The notes beneath the pieces were generated by a model. It had not been told where the DNA came from. It saw only the letters and a program-made list of their open reading frames with translations, and searched no databases. The position numbers and the translations under genes were made by a program. A stretch of 42,363 bases of DNA from Guillardia theta CCMP2712 (Eukaryota > Protista > Cryptophyta), in the NCBI RefSeq assembly GCF_000315625.1, contig NW_005434575.1, forward strand, positions 241,208 through 283,570, written 5' to 3'. Shown here piece after piece: positions 27,222-41,397 of this stretch; position 1 is the first letter of the stretch, and each line of letters begins with the position of its first letter.

Positions 27222-28509
27222 TCACAGGGGCTCCTTTGATCACTCCTGTCCTCTCGTCAAGCTCCATGCCCTCTGGCAATGCCGGGGTGACATGAAAGAT
27301 AACGGGCCCAGGAGCCGAGACCTCTCGAGGACGCAGACAATCGTGTACACCTGCAGCACAGACCAGCATGTCTGACCAGTACTCAAGGAATACGTGTTGC
27401 TTGCTCGACTCCACATCCTTTTCCTCCCTTCCCCCTTCCTCCTCCTCCTCCTCCTTTTCCGGTCCCTCCTTCTCCACCATGGCCTCGAGATGTAGTCGCG
27501 CTATCCTCATCATCTTCTCCTGACGAGCAGCAATTCGGAGCCTGACATGCTGCTTTTCCTTCAGAACACCTCTCCTGATCAGGATCCTCCCTGTGGTTCT
27601 GCAGAAATCGATTCCATCTAGACAGTAGGAGGAAGAGGAGGAGGAAGAGGAGGAGGAGCAGTCCTTGACAGCAAACCCGTCGCATGCTGGACCTGGGAGG
27701 TACGGCTGGATCACATAGTTTCGATGCCGGCGAAGCAGGAAGCGTTGTTCATCGCCCTCCTTCTCAGCCTCGCCCGCGTCCCCCCCTGCTTCCACCAGCC
27801 TCTGCATCTTTTCCTCTTTGTCGCTCGGGGAGAGCTCCTCGTTCATGGCGATCGAGGACAGGAGGAACTCGATGTCAGTCGACGAGTCACGGACCGCATC
27901 CTTGCTGCTCGACTTGTTGTTGTTGTGAGGAGGGCGGAGAGTGTAAGTGAACAGCGATGGTGTGTCCTCTCGCTCTGAGGTAGGGGGTTCCAGGCAAATC
28001 CGCCTTACCATGTCACTATCGCCGCAGCGTCGTGATGGAGGTTGAGGTGCGTGTGCCAGGGGCAGGGGCAGAGGTTGAGAGGGAGAGCTATGCGGGATAA
28101 CAGGATCGGGTGACATCGCAGAATGAACAGGCGAGCAGGAGCAGGAAGAGAATGAAGAGGTCGATGTTGAGGAGGAGAGAGGAGGCGAGTGGCGGGAGAT
28201 GAGAGGAGGATCAGTAGCAGGGGATCTGCGATCAGGACTTGGAGGGAGAGGAAGAGGACGAGACGACAGAGAAGATGGGAGGGAGGAGGGAGACCGTGAG
28301 CTTGCGCCGCCCTGCAGGCAGGTAGGAGGAGGTGAGGATCGAGGAGGGCGGGGTGACAACGATGAAGAGAGAGGAAGAGGGAGAGGAGGGGAGGAGGAGG
28401 GAGGGAGGGAGGGAGAGCCTGAGGGAGGAGGCGGAGCGGCGGGAAGAGCCTCTGAGGAGTCTTGCTGGTCATCATCAAAGTAGGTCAGGGTACAGCCATT
28501 ACCAACCAT
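25036..28509 (-). CDS. Protein with putative Ig (He_PIG-like) domains, acidic/charged linker and two C-terminal Tudor-like modules; contains frame breaks, and more 3' exons may extend toward 24.6 kb
   Basis: IFHVTPALPEGMELDERTGVIKGAP fits the He_PIG consensus LPxGLxLDxxTGxISGTP. A second unit ends QFSISASNLVGKVKAKVVIEV in a shifted frame. The C-terminal LVGSRVRILYEDSQWFCGWIRGCGEDGTFLFLMDDGDEE is Tudor-like. Confidence 0.6.
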
Positions 28510-28539
28510 TATTAGTGACCCCACAACTTCCTGGCCCTC

Positions 28540-28890
28540 ATCACCACGCTGACCCGGAGCCGGGCCCCGGCCCCTCACCGCCTCACGGTACCCTGGCCCG
28601 GCGCGGCCGGGGGGTACGGTCCGACACGGGCCGCTACCGGGCTGGGCCGGGCCCGTATGGTTCCGGTGGGCCCGGGCCAGTGTGGTCACACTCAGCGCAG
28701 CCACTGTCGCCTGTGGCCGGGGCCGCTAGCCAACCGTTCACTGACGGGCGCCCGGCGGCCCGGCCGGGCCGCGGCGCCCGGCGTGCCACGCCGTCCGCCC
28801 GTGCCACGGTCCGCGGCCCGGCCGCTGGCCCGGGACTCAGGCTCAGCCCTCGGACCGGCCCGGCGTACGGGCACTGTTCTACTAGCCAGT
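28540..28890. promoter_or_regulatory. GC/CpG-rich block upstream of the He_PIG/Tudor gene
   Basis: Very GC-rich, with repeated CCGGCCC/GGCCCGG words. Same style as 7453-7860. Confidence 0.45.
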
Positions 28891-29044
28891 AGGCTACCCG
28901 GTACGGTAAACTTTTACTGAAAGAAAGGTAGTACGGCGGACGGTCTGGGCCCGAACTCCCGGCGGGAGCCTGGGGAGAGCGGCCCGGCGGCGACTCTCAG
29001 TACTGAGTGTGGTCTATGAAATAAGTAATAGTAGCCCTCGTCTC

Positions 29045-29066
29045 TTTACTCAAAGTTAAGTTAAAA
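29045..29066 (+). promoter_or_regulatory. Fourth (core-only) copy of the motif TTTACTCAAAGTTAAGTTAAAA
   Basis: The 22-bp core is identical to the copies at 15789, 15858 and 19840-19861. Confidence 0.55.
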
Positions 29067-30571
29067 GCCTGTGGCTTCACGTGCCGCATGATAAAGCCCA
29101 TCGAACTTACAGTACCCCTACCCCCCCTTCTTCCCATTTGTATCCCAGTCCTCACCCCATTATTTAGCCCTACCCCTTTTTTATGTGCTACCCCCCTTGG
29201 ATCGCCCCCCTCTTGGTAATAACCCCTAGATTGAGAGGGTGGAAGGGTGGAAGGGGGGGTAGTCCTGTGTCTAATGGAATTTCCAGAGCAATAGTACCCA
29301 CCCCTGTCGATGGCCAATAACTTCCAGAAAATTTACCATCACTACCCCTCAAATGACTATACCCCCACGTCGACCTTGATAACGTTTCGACTACCCACCC
29401 CTCGTGAAACTTTATAGCACCGGCCGTTCAAGACGGAATTTTAACCACTTGTACCCCTCACCCCTAAAATGACTACCCTACCCGCAACACTCCCTATTGT
29501 GAGCACGCGCTGTCACCACGTTCGTTGTAGCCACCCCACTAATTTGTGACATGACCCCTATTTTGATTACCCCCACCTGTTTATTTAAACCAATGTGAAT
29601 TCATTGTCCTGTTATAGAATCTTTTTGTAATTCAAGTCTTAAGTAATAGATGATAGCTCTGAAGCAGAGGGTTTGAGATTGAGCATGGAGGGGTACTTGA
29701 TTCACCCCTACCCTTAGTTTGCAACCCACCCTTGCTAGCCCCCTTTGGTCATTGTCCGTTACAAAGAGACAGAGCGAGTAACGAAAATTTGACTTAGATT
29801 GTGTACCGAAAGCCCCGCATGCATCCTTGCTTCGCTTTCCCCGGGGGTACTTCCAATCCTGAGGAAAATAGGGTGGGTAATTATAGTACTAAAATTTAGT
29901 AAATATTAAGTATAAACTGATATACAATAAAATTTTAGTTTTGGACTGGTATCTTGAATAATATGGAGGTGGGTACTTTGACCAGAAAAAAGATTCAGAA
30001 GGACCCCCCAAGGAAATAGTGTCATACGCAGCCGCCTGCACTCCCTTCGCGTGCTATGATGGTGGGGGCAGGAGACAGGCGTCCGGCGCCATAATGAGCA
30101 GCCCCTCCTGCTCCTCCCTCCCTCCCCATCCCTTCTTTCCTCCCTCTCTCCTCTGAGACACTGGAGCACATCTACAGCAACATCCTCCTCTCTCACGTGG
30201 CGTACAGGTCACGTGTACGACCTGGACAGGAGCAAGGCCATCATTGCCCTGAGGTGTAAGCGACAGGGCTGTAGCTATCGGGGTGCTTTCCTGCGCTCTC
30301 GTGAAGGAAAGAAGCAGTCTCGTGTGCTTCGCTGACTGATTGCTACGTTCTGAGCTCACATTGAAACGAGAGCAGATTTTTTCTCGATTTGTGAATGATT
30401 TGAAGGGGTTCGTTGGTTGGTTGAGAATACCTTGCTTCAGACACTCATCGCTGTTCCTATCAAAATCCAGACCTTGCCACGACAACAGACATGAATACCC
30501 AGGTCTGATTGCTCATTCCTAGACGTTCAACCTTCAACAGGCTCGATCCTGTAGTCCTAAGTGGACAGAAT

Positions 30572-33500
30572 ATGGATACCAAAGGCATGAAGATTCCTCA
30601 ACAGGACGTGAACGTCATAGCATATGACAACGCCAATGGTCAAGTTGGAAATGGCGATGATCGAGCAATCTCGGCCCCTCCAGTTCTTGAATTCTCTGCA
30701 AAGACGTTGTTCTCTTACCAGTCTCCGTTTGGCGTTGGCGAGGCAAGGGCCGACAACGCTTCTTACAACCAGTACTACCCAACGACAGCGACTGAAGCCC
30801 ATGCTGTGAACAACCCGATGAAGAACTTGGGCTTCAGATATGTCGGCAACCCCAACTCCCGGGACGAGGCTCCCGACAACCGCATGATGCAGCAGGGCAT
30901 GCCAGGGGTCAACGCGCATGGAGGGCCAGCCCCTGCCCTGGCCAAGGGGAAGAGTGGAACCAATTCCTTTCTAGAGGCTGGCAGCGAGATCAGCTCGATT
31001 TTCGGACTGGATCCAGGTGGGAATGACGGTGACGATCGCCCAGTCTGGGGAACAATTGACCAGATGGGCGGGTCCATGGAATTTCTCAACGAGCAGGCTC
31101 TGGGGGAATCGGACTCTATGTCAGGCTCGAACGTCTCTGCTCCTGTTCCTGTGCGAGCTCGTCCTCAGAAGCCTCCAGTCGATCCATCCAATCCCATGCA
31201 GCCAAGAGGTCGAGTGAGAGAGCTGCAAATGTCTGGCGATGCCCTCCGCTCGGGTGGGGCCAGGAGTGCCTCCCCGCACCATATCATCAGGTCACCGTTC
31301 GAAGAAAGCGCCTGGGACGCTCTCGCTCTCGGAAAAGTCTTCAACAATTTTCGCTGCAAAAGTGCCGAGCTAGGCAATGGTGTGGGCGCTCTGAATGAAG
31401 GTACCAACGATGACAGCGAGCTGAATGACGATCATATTAGCGGTCTTGTCAATGCCTTGGAGGGTGGGAATGACAATGGCGCAGGGCTCGATGATGAGAA
31501 CTCCTACTTGAACTCAGACATGAACAGCCCTCTCAACTTTGACATCGAGAAACTCACGCTCCCACCCGGCATGGGTCGCAATGGTTCTTCCTCGCAGCTC
31601 AGCCCCGCCCAACCGAACAGTGCTAGCATGCTCCAGCCAATGTCGCCGGCTCAGAGGCCTTCCGATAGTTCAGTCCTCAGTCAGCAAGTTCCAGCCTTCG
31701 GCTTGGATGGACATCCCAATCAGTTCCCACAGCAACCGTGGTCTACCCTTGGGAATGAGCAGTTCGGGAACATTGACCCTAACATACAGCCCAATGCGGC
31801 CGCTTTCGCGATGAATGGCATGTCCATGCCTCCGTTCGGCATGGGTGCGCCGGGATTTATGCCTCCTGAAGCCGCTGGATTCATGCCAGATCGTTTTCCT
31901 GACCCTATGAGGCAATCGGCGGCCGAGGCTGCATACGCACAATCGATGCAGCAACAGATGCTCCTTTACCAGTTGCAGATGCAGATGGTGCAGGCACAAG
32001 CTCAGATGGGGCAAGTCCCAGAAGGAGGAATGCCAATGATGTATCAAGGACCCGGCGTTCCATTCAACCCTATGATGCAAGGCGGTGCTTTCCCGCAGCA
32101 GAGCATGGGTAACAGGAACCGTATGGGGCAGAACAAAGTCTCGATGAACTATGGCCCTGGAGTTGGAGTGTTTGGAAGGAATGCTGGCTTCGACAACATG
32201 CAAAGCCGTGCGCCGCCCATTCCAGAGACCGCAAGTCTGACGGTGAACATCAATGATCGAGGCAGGAAGTCTGCCGTCGATGTGAACAAGCTCATATCTG
32301 TACAACAAGTTGTTGGACAGATTTTTTCGCTATCTCGGGATCAACTTGGTTGCCGGTTCCTCCAGAAGCAGCTGGAAGAGAACACGCAGATGAGCTTGGA
32401 TATTATCTTCAGTGAGGTGATCGAGAGGATTGTCGACCTCATGACTGATCCCTTCGGAAACTACTTGTGTCAGAAGTTGCTGGACTACTGCAACCCCGAA
32501 CAGCGTGCTGCGATTGTCAGCAGGGTCGCTCCCCACCTTGTCCCCATCTCCCTCAACATCCACGGGACCCGTGCGGCACAGAAGCTTATCGAGCGTCTTG
32601 GGTCGGATCACTATCCGACCGAAGCAGAGATCCAGGCTGTGGTCAATCATCTCAAAGGAGGCGTCATCCAGCTCATCCAGGACCTCAACGGTAATCATGT
32701 CGTCCAGCGATGCCTGCAGAAGCTCGATGCCAAGCACAACCAATTCATCTACGATGCAGTAGCCCAGCACTGCATCCTTGTCGCGTCCCATCGCCACGGA
32801 TGCTGCGTGTTCCAGCGTTGCGTTGATTTCGCGACTCCGGAGCAGAAGCACCAGGTAGATTTGGAGGCCGTTGAGGCTGATGCGGAAGTTGGATGCTGAT
32901 GTCTCGTCAGGTTGTGATGCAAGTTGTGGAAAAGACTGTCCAGCTCGTACAGGATCAATATGGAAATTATGTTGTACAATATGTACTTGAACAAGTAACT
33001 TTCTTGTTGCTTGTCTGTGCAAGCTCTCACTCACCGCCTACCTATCAGGTTCCTGCCTACCGACCAAACATCGTGTCAATCATCGCTATCAGCATCATTC
33101 AACTCAGTCGGTGAGCTGCCCAGGTCTGTTCCTACGGCGCCGTGACCCAGTCGCAGGCAAAAGTTCAGCTCGAACGTGGTAGAGAAGTGCCTGCAGCTGG
33201 CCTCGCCGGAGGGGCAGGCAAGATTGGCTTGAGAAGCTTTGGAGATGTCGCTCATCGAGGTCACTTGCAGGCGTTGATGGTCACCCAGCTGGCGCAGAAG
33301 GAACAGATCCTCAGCTTGCTGCAAGATCCTTACGCCAACTACGTGATCCAACGAGCTCTGCAGGTTCGCTCCCCTCCTCCCTCCCTCTCTCGTCCTTACT
33401 TCCCCTCCATCAGGTCGCTACCAGTCCACAACTTGAAATGCTCCTGGATGCCATCAAGCCCCATCTCTCCGCCATCCGCAACACGTGAGCGCCTCCTCCT

Positions 33501-34299
33501 CTGCCTTCTCCCTTCCCTTCATCCTGCATTCCTCCCTCCTTCGCTCCTCTTCCTTTTCTCCTTCTCTCTTTCATCCTCTTTTCCTCCTCGTTCAGTTTCA
33601 TCGTGTCCGTGGTTGACCTGTCTATTCTGTAGGTCATACGGCAGGAAGATTCAAAGCCGAGTGTCGAAGCGATGCCCTGGAGGCATTGAGAACATGCCGT
33701 CTGCTGAGGAAGCAGTTGCACGACAGGTCCTTTGCTCTCAACCTCCCTCTTCTCCTCACTCCCTTCGCCTTGCCTCCCTCATCCGCATCCGCATCCTCAT
33801 CCTCATCCTCATCCTCCTCCTCTCCTCCTCCTCCTCCTCTCTCATCTCTCCTCCTCCTCCTCCTCCTCCTCCTCCTCTCTCATCTCTCCTCCTCCTCCTC
33901 CTGACTCGTGTACTCCTGCAGGCTAAGAAGGGTTTCCCTCCTGCAAGGATGCCTGGAGAGATCATGAGCATGGCGGGTCAGATGGCGAACTTGCAGCTTG
34001 GCGGCCCCTCCAACTTCGGGGGCTTCAACGAGAACTTCAGCCTTGACTTGGGAGGGGATGTGCCGCATCATCGTCCGGACATGGGCTTCCGGTTCGATGA
34101 AAGCTTCTCCCCGGGGCCCGTGGGGATCCGAGAGCTCAATGCTGACGAGGATCAGATGGCTCCGATGAACTTCGGTGGGGCTCTAGAGCGGCAGCATGGA
34201 ATCATGCTGGAGGAAGAGGAAGAGGAGGAGGAGGGGAGTGGCGAAGCGGGGAAGGAGCATGTGGCAGGCGAGACTGCAGACAGCGCTGAATCTCGATAG
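30572..34299 (+). CDS. Pumilio/PUF RNA-binding protein, Puf4/Puf5-like subgroup
   Basis: Long low-complexity Q/M/G-rich N-terminus followed by eight PUF repeats: DQLGCRFLQ, DPFGNYLCQ, NIHGTRAAQ, DLNGNHVVQ, HRHGCCVFQ, DQYGNYVVQ, QKFSSNVVE and DPYANYVIQ. Several short introns follow position 32853. Confidence 0.95.
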
Positions 34300-34490
34300 T
34301 GATCTATCGACTGTGAATTAATCTGTACTTATAGCTCACAAGTGATTCTTTTAATACCGCCAAGTGTCGTCGTCAGGCTCTTGTCATGTGACTGATGTTC
34401 CTCTGTGATCTTGGGAACTGGAGGACAGAAAGAAACTCTGTATCAAAACATCTCTAGCGCTCGCTCGTGCTGCCCTGTACTACTTCCTCC

Positions 34491-37890
<3,400 letters not shown>

Positions 37891-37995
37891 GGCAACAACA
37901 CACCGCCTGTCAGGTCATAACGTGTGAACCAACAATCCCTTCAAACATGCCAACCAACAACTCATCTTCCTCCTCTATCGTCCCATCACATCTCG

Positions 37996-39203
37996 TTACA
38001 AGGCCGTGCATGACCGTTTGTTGTGACCGACTGACCCGCACACTTTGCATGTTTTCTTCCGATTCCCTGCTGTCGTGTACAGCTCCTCCAACCTTGCAGC
38101 ATCTTCGTCCCCGTTGGGTCCGTTGAGGAGCTCAGGCTCGCCTCCTGCCCTCCCCTCTCCTCCTCGCTCTCTCCGCCGCTTCCTCTTGTTCTGCAGTAGC
38201 GCGTCCACGTCCTGAAGCTCGTCGGTCTGCGCCGCCATGGCAGGCTTGAGGGGAGGCTGCGGCAGGAAGTCGTCACGGGTCTTGACGCTTTCGGGGCAGG
38301 GGATGCGGCAGGAGACGAAGGAGGGGTGGGTGACTGAGGCGACGAAGTTCTCCGACAGCCAGACGGGATGGAACAGCCGCTCGATGAGTCGCTTGCTCCC
38401 TTCGCTCCCCCACCCTACCGCACGGCTGGCGGCGATCGCATGCTCGCAGGGCCGGAGGGTCTGATGCCAGTGTGTGCAAGGGCTGCACTGCCGCCTCGAC
38501 AGCGAGACGACAAACTTAGGACGCAGCCCGTCCTTGTCAGCCCTCCCGAACACGTCCACGAGCATCGAGTTCTTGTGCGCCTCGAGAATCTTGCACAACT
38601 TGCTCTTCTCCGTCAGGTCCGTGTACTCGCTCCAGATCGCGTCGTTGACGAAGCAGCTCCTGACGTCATCGGGGGGGCTGAAGGAGGCGAAGTGCTGCCC
38701 CTTGTGACGAGCCTCCTCGAGCGCATCCGCCCAGATGCGAGCAAGACGCTGGAAGAAGTCGAGGGGGCCAGCACACTTGGCAAGTTTCTGCCGTGTCTTC
38801 ACTTCAGTCTCTGCCGTCGGGCCGGCGGTCGAGTCGTCGACGGGCCCGAAGTTCCGGCCCTGCTCAAGAGCGATACAGTCCTGCTGAGCATGCATCGCCT
38901 GCCAAGGGGCTCAAGGGAGGTAACGACGGCTCACCCTCTCCTCTCCTCCTCTTCCTCACCCAGAGCTTGGGAGTGACTTCCTGCAAAAACTCGAAGGCCG
39001 TCGGGTTCTGCTCCTTCAGACTCGCCATAAACCTCCGCCACTCGCTCTCAGTGCTGGCCGCCTGTTGGACTATCACGACTACGCCAGCTCCTCCCTCCTC
39101 CTCACCTGCGCCTTCCAGAACAGATCTTCGCTGCCAGGAGTTTCCTTGTTGGAATTGTGCACGAGTGGTGGAACGCGCTGGGCTGGACGAGAAAAGTGAG
39201 GCT

Positions 39204-39236
<33 letters not shown>

Positions 39237-40990
39237 CAGAACAATGAAGATAATAGCAGTAGGATGAGCAAGAAAATGAGCAGGATCAGAGAAGGGGGGA
39301 GCAGAAGTAAGGGAGGAGCAGCAGAAGCAGGAGCAAGGGGAGCAGGGGGAAGAGCAAGAGAAGCAGGAGCGGGAGGAGGAAGAGCAAAAGCAGGAGCGGG
39401 AGGAGGAGCGGGCGGAGGAGGAGCGGGAGCGGGAGGAAGGTTATCCTGACTTTTGCAGTACGCGTTGATCTGCTTGAGGAGGTGAGTCGTGCAGTAGACA
39501 ATGTGGGCATGAGGAAGGGACGATTGTAACCCAGCCAGCACTCTAGCCCCCCGGTCGGTCATGACGGTCAGTTTTCCAGCACTCTCGTTGATCCAGGAGC
39601 CAAGTTGCGTCTCCCTCAGCTGCTTCCACACAAATTTGACACTCTCCTCCGTGTCGTCTTCAGCAACAAACCTCCCGATCGCAAACAGGCCTGTCCCCCC
39701 AACACGTCAGCACTGCAGCAGCCCGAGTACGCCTCCCGGCACACCTGCCGCGAGTGGGATCGTGCAGCCATCGCTAGTCCTCCCCTCGACTAACACGACC
39801 TTCCCGGTGAACCACTTGTGCTTCAAGGGGAACACCTCCTGCCCTCCTGCCGTCAGCCTCTTCCTCCTCCACTCGCACGCAGTACCTGACGGAGCAGCCG
39901 CAGCCCACAGCGCTTGACGTGATGGATCACGGACCCGCAGCTCAGGAACGCGCGACGGAAAGTTCCTTTCTGAGGCCCATCCTCGAAGCTCTCGCACACC
40001 CCGAGACTGGCGAGGTTGTCCTGGCAGAACTTCTCCAGCCATGCTGGGAACTTGCCGAAGGAGGACTCGTACTCGTCCCAGGAGCCGTGCTCTATGATCA
40101 TCCGTGCTGCGTAGATGTTGGAGATGGTAGTGTCGATCCCTAACGACTCCTTGAGCAACTGCTGCAGCTCCTTTGCCGTCATGCGATGCCCCTGCCCCTG
40201 CCCCTCTCCTTCTCCTTGCACCTTCTGAAGTTGCGCTCGGAAGGCCTGCGAGTCGCAGAGGAAACGGACGCTCGCTTTCCCGAAGGAGGTGCAGGCGGGG
40301 ACGTCGTGCCTGAGCACGCTGGTGTTGACGTCCACCCAGAAGAAGCTTGCTATCTTGGGGTTGGAAAATCGCTTCCTCCTGATCACAACTTTGTACCTGA
40401 CACATCAAGTCAGCTCCCATGTACCAGGGACACAACACCGACCTGCATGCTGAACAAGTGCACGCTAAGATGTATCCACTCTCCCCAGCCAGCCCGTTCT
40501 TGACATAGTGAACCCTCTTGTTGAAGTGCTCGAGGTTGATACGCTTGATGTATGCCGTGCAGTCCGTCCTGTTCCCCCACTTCACCCCCTTCAACAACTT
40601 CTCGTGGTCCTCCTCTGGAATTTTCATTCCATTGTCGCCCTCGTTGATATGCTCCTCCTCCCCCTGCACAACGTCCTCCTCCTCAGGGCTCAGGTGAGCA
40701 CCAGACCCCATCCCCTCCCTGCTGATGTCGTGGGCGGCCTCGGAGGAAGCTGCTGCTGCATCCCCTTGCCCTGGCCCTTGCGCTTGCTCTGGCCCTGGCC
40801 CTGGCCCCGGGCCTTGGCCATCAGGGCTGACCTGAAGGAAGAGCCTGTCGACAGCACGAGAGAGAGGGGTCTCGCCCAGCTGCCATCCCATGAGCTCGTA
40901 GGCTCTGCTGACCGCCTGCTGGACGGGCATGTCCGTCGGCACCTCCAGCTCGCGCTTGATGATCGCCATCTTCTCGATCAGCGACGCCAT
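37996..40990 (-). mobile_element. Mutator-like (MULE/MuDR) transposase-derived gene with six introns; possibly domesticated
   Basis: Spliced protein has an N-terminal C/C..H..C MuDR-type DNA-binding region (YILACTCSACRYKVVIRR...LRHDVPAC). The MULE domain has FRRAFLS, LTVMTDRG and HIVYCTTHLLKQI, followed by DLFWKAQ, a SWIM finger (CSPCTHWHQTLRPCEHAIA) and a C-terminal knuckle (CKVCGSVGHNKRSC). Confidence 0.88.
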
Positions 40991-41008
40991 CGGTGGTCCA
41001 ACTTCAAC

Positions 41009-41278
41009 CAGTATCCGTGAGTATCCGCAAATGTATCCGTGAGTATCCGCCTGTCACCGGGGTGACCCGTGTGGACACGGTGGGGGCGCCGGGCCCTGCT
41101 CTGACCGGCGTCGTCACTGAGGGTGGGGACTCACAAACCTGGCAGCCAGACCTCACTTTTCTTTCCCCGGGAGGCTATCAGTGCCATGACTTGTGACTCG
41201 CGGGGCCGTGACGGTGGCCTTCTAGAGTCTCAAGTATCCAGCTCAGTATCCTGCTCAGCACCCTGCTCAGTATCTGGC
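41009..41278. promoter_or_regulatory. Short divergent promoter with GTATCC repeats and two tandem palindromes
   Basis: GTATCCGTGAGTATCCGC occurs twice at 41011-41050. Palindromes GTCACC-GG-GGTGAC and CCGTGT-GG-ACACGG are at 41053-41080. AGTATCC/CTCAG repeats are at 41233-41275. Confidence 0.5.
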
Positions 41279-41397
41279 TAAGAACGGTATGTGTGGGGAT
41301 GGGGGGACCAGCGATTCAAATTTGACATCAATGGTGAGTTACGGTTTGACTGATGACGGAGTATGAGAGGAGGAGGAGGAGGAGGGCAGGACCGTTG

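Noticed and set aside
28510-28704. N-terminal extension of the 667-aa ORF through the GC block
   Set aside because: Non-ATG start in stop-poor GC-rich DNA. The ATG at 28509 is the more plausible start.
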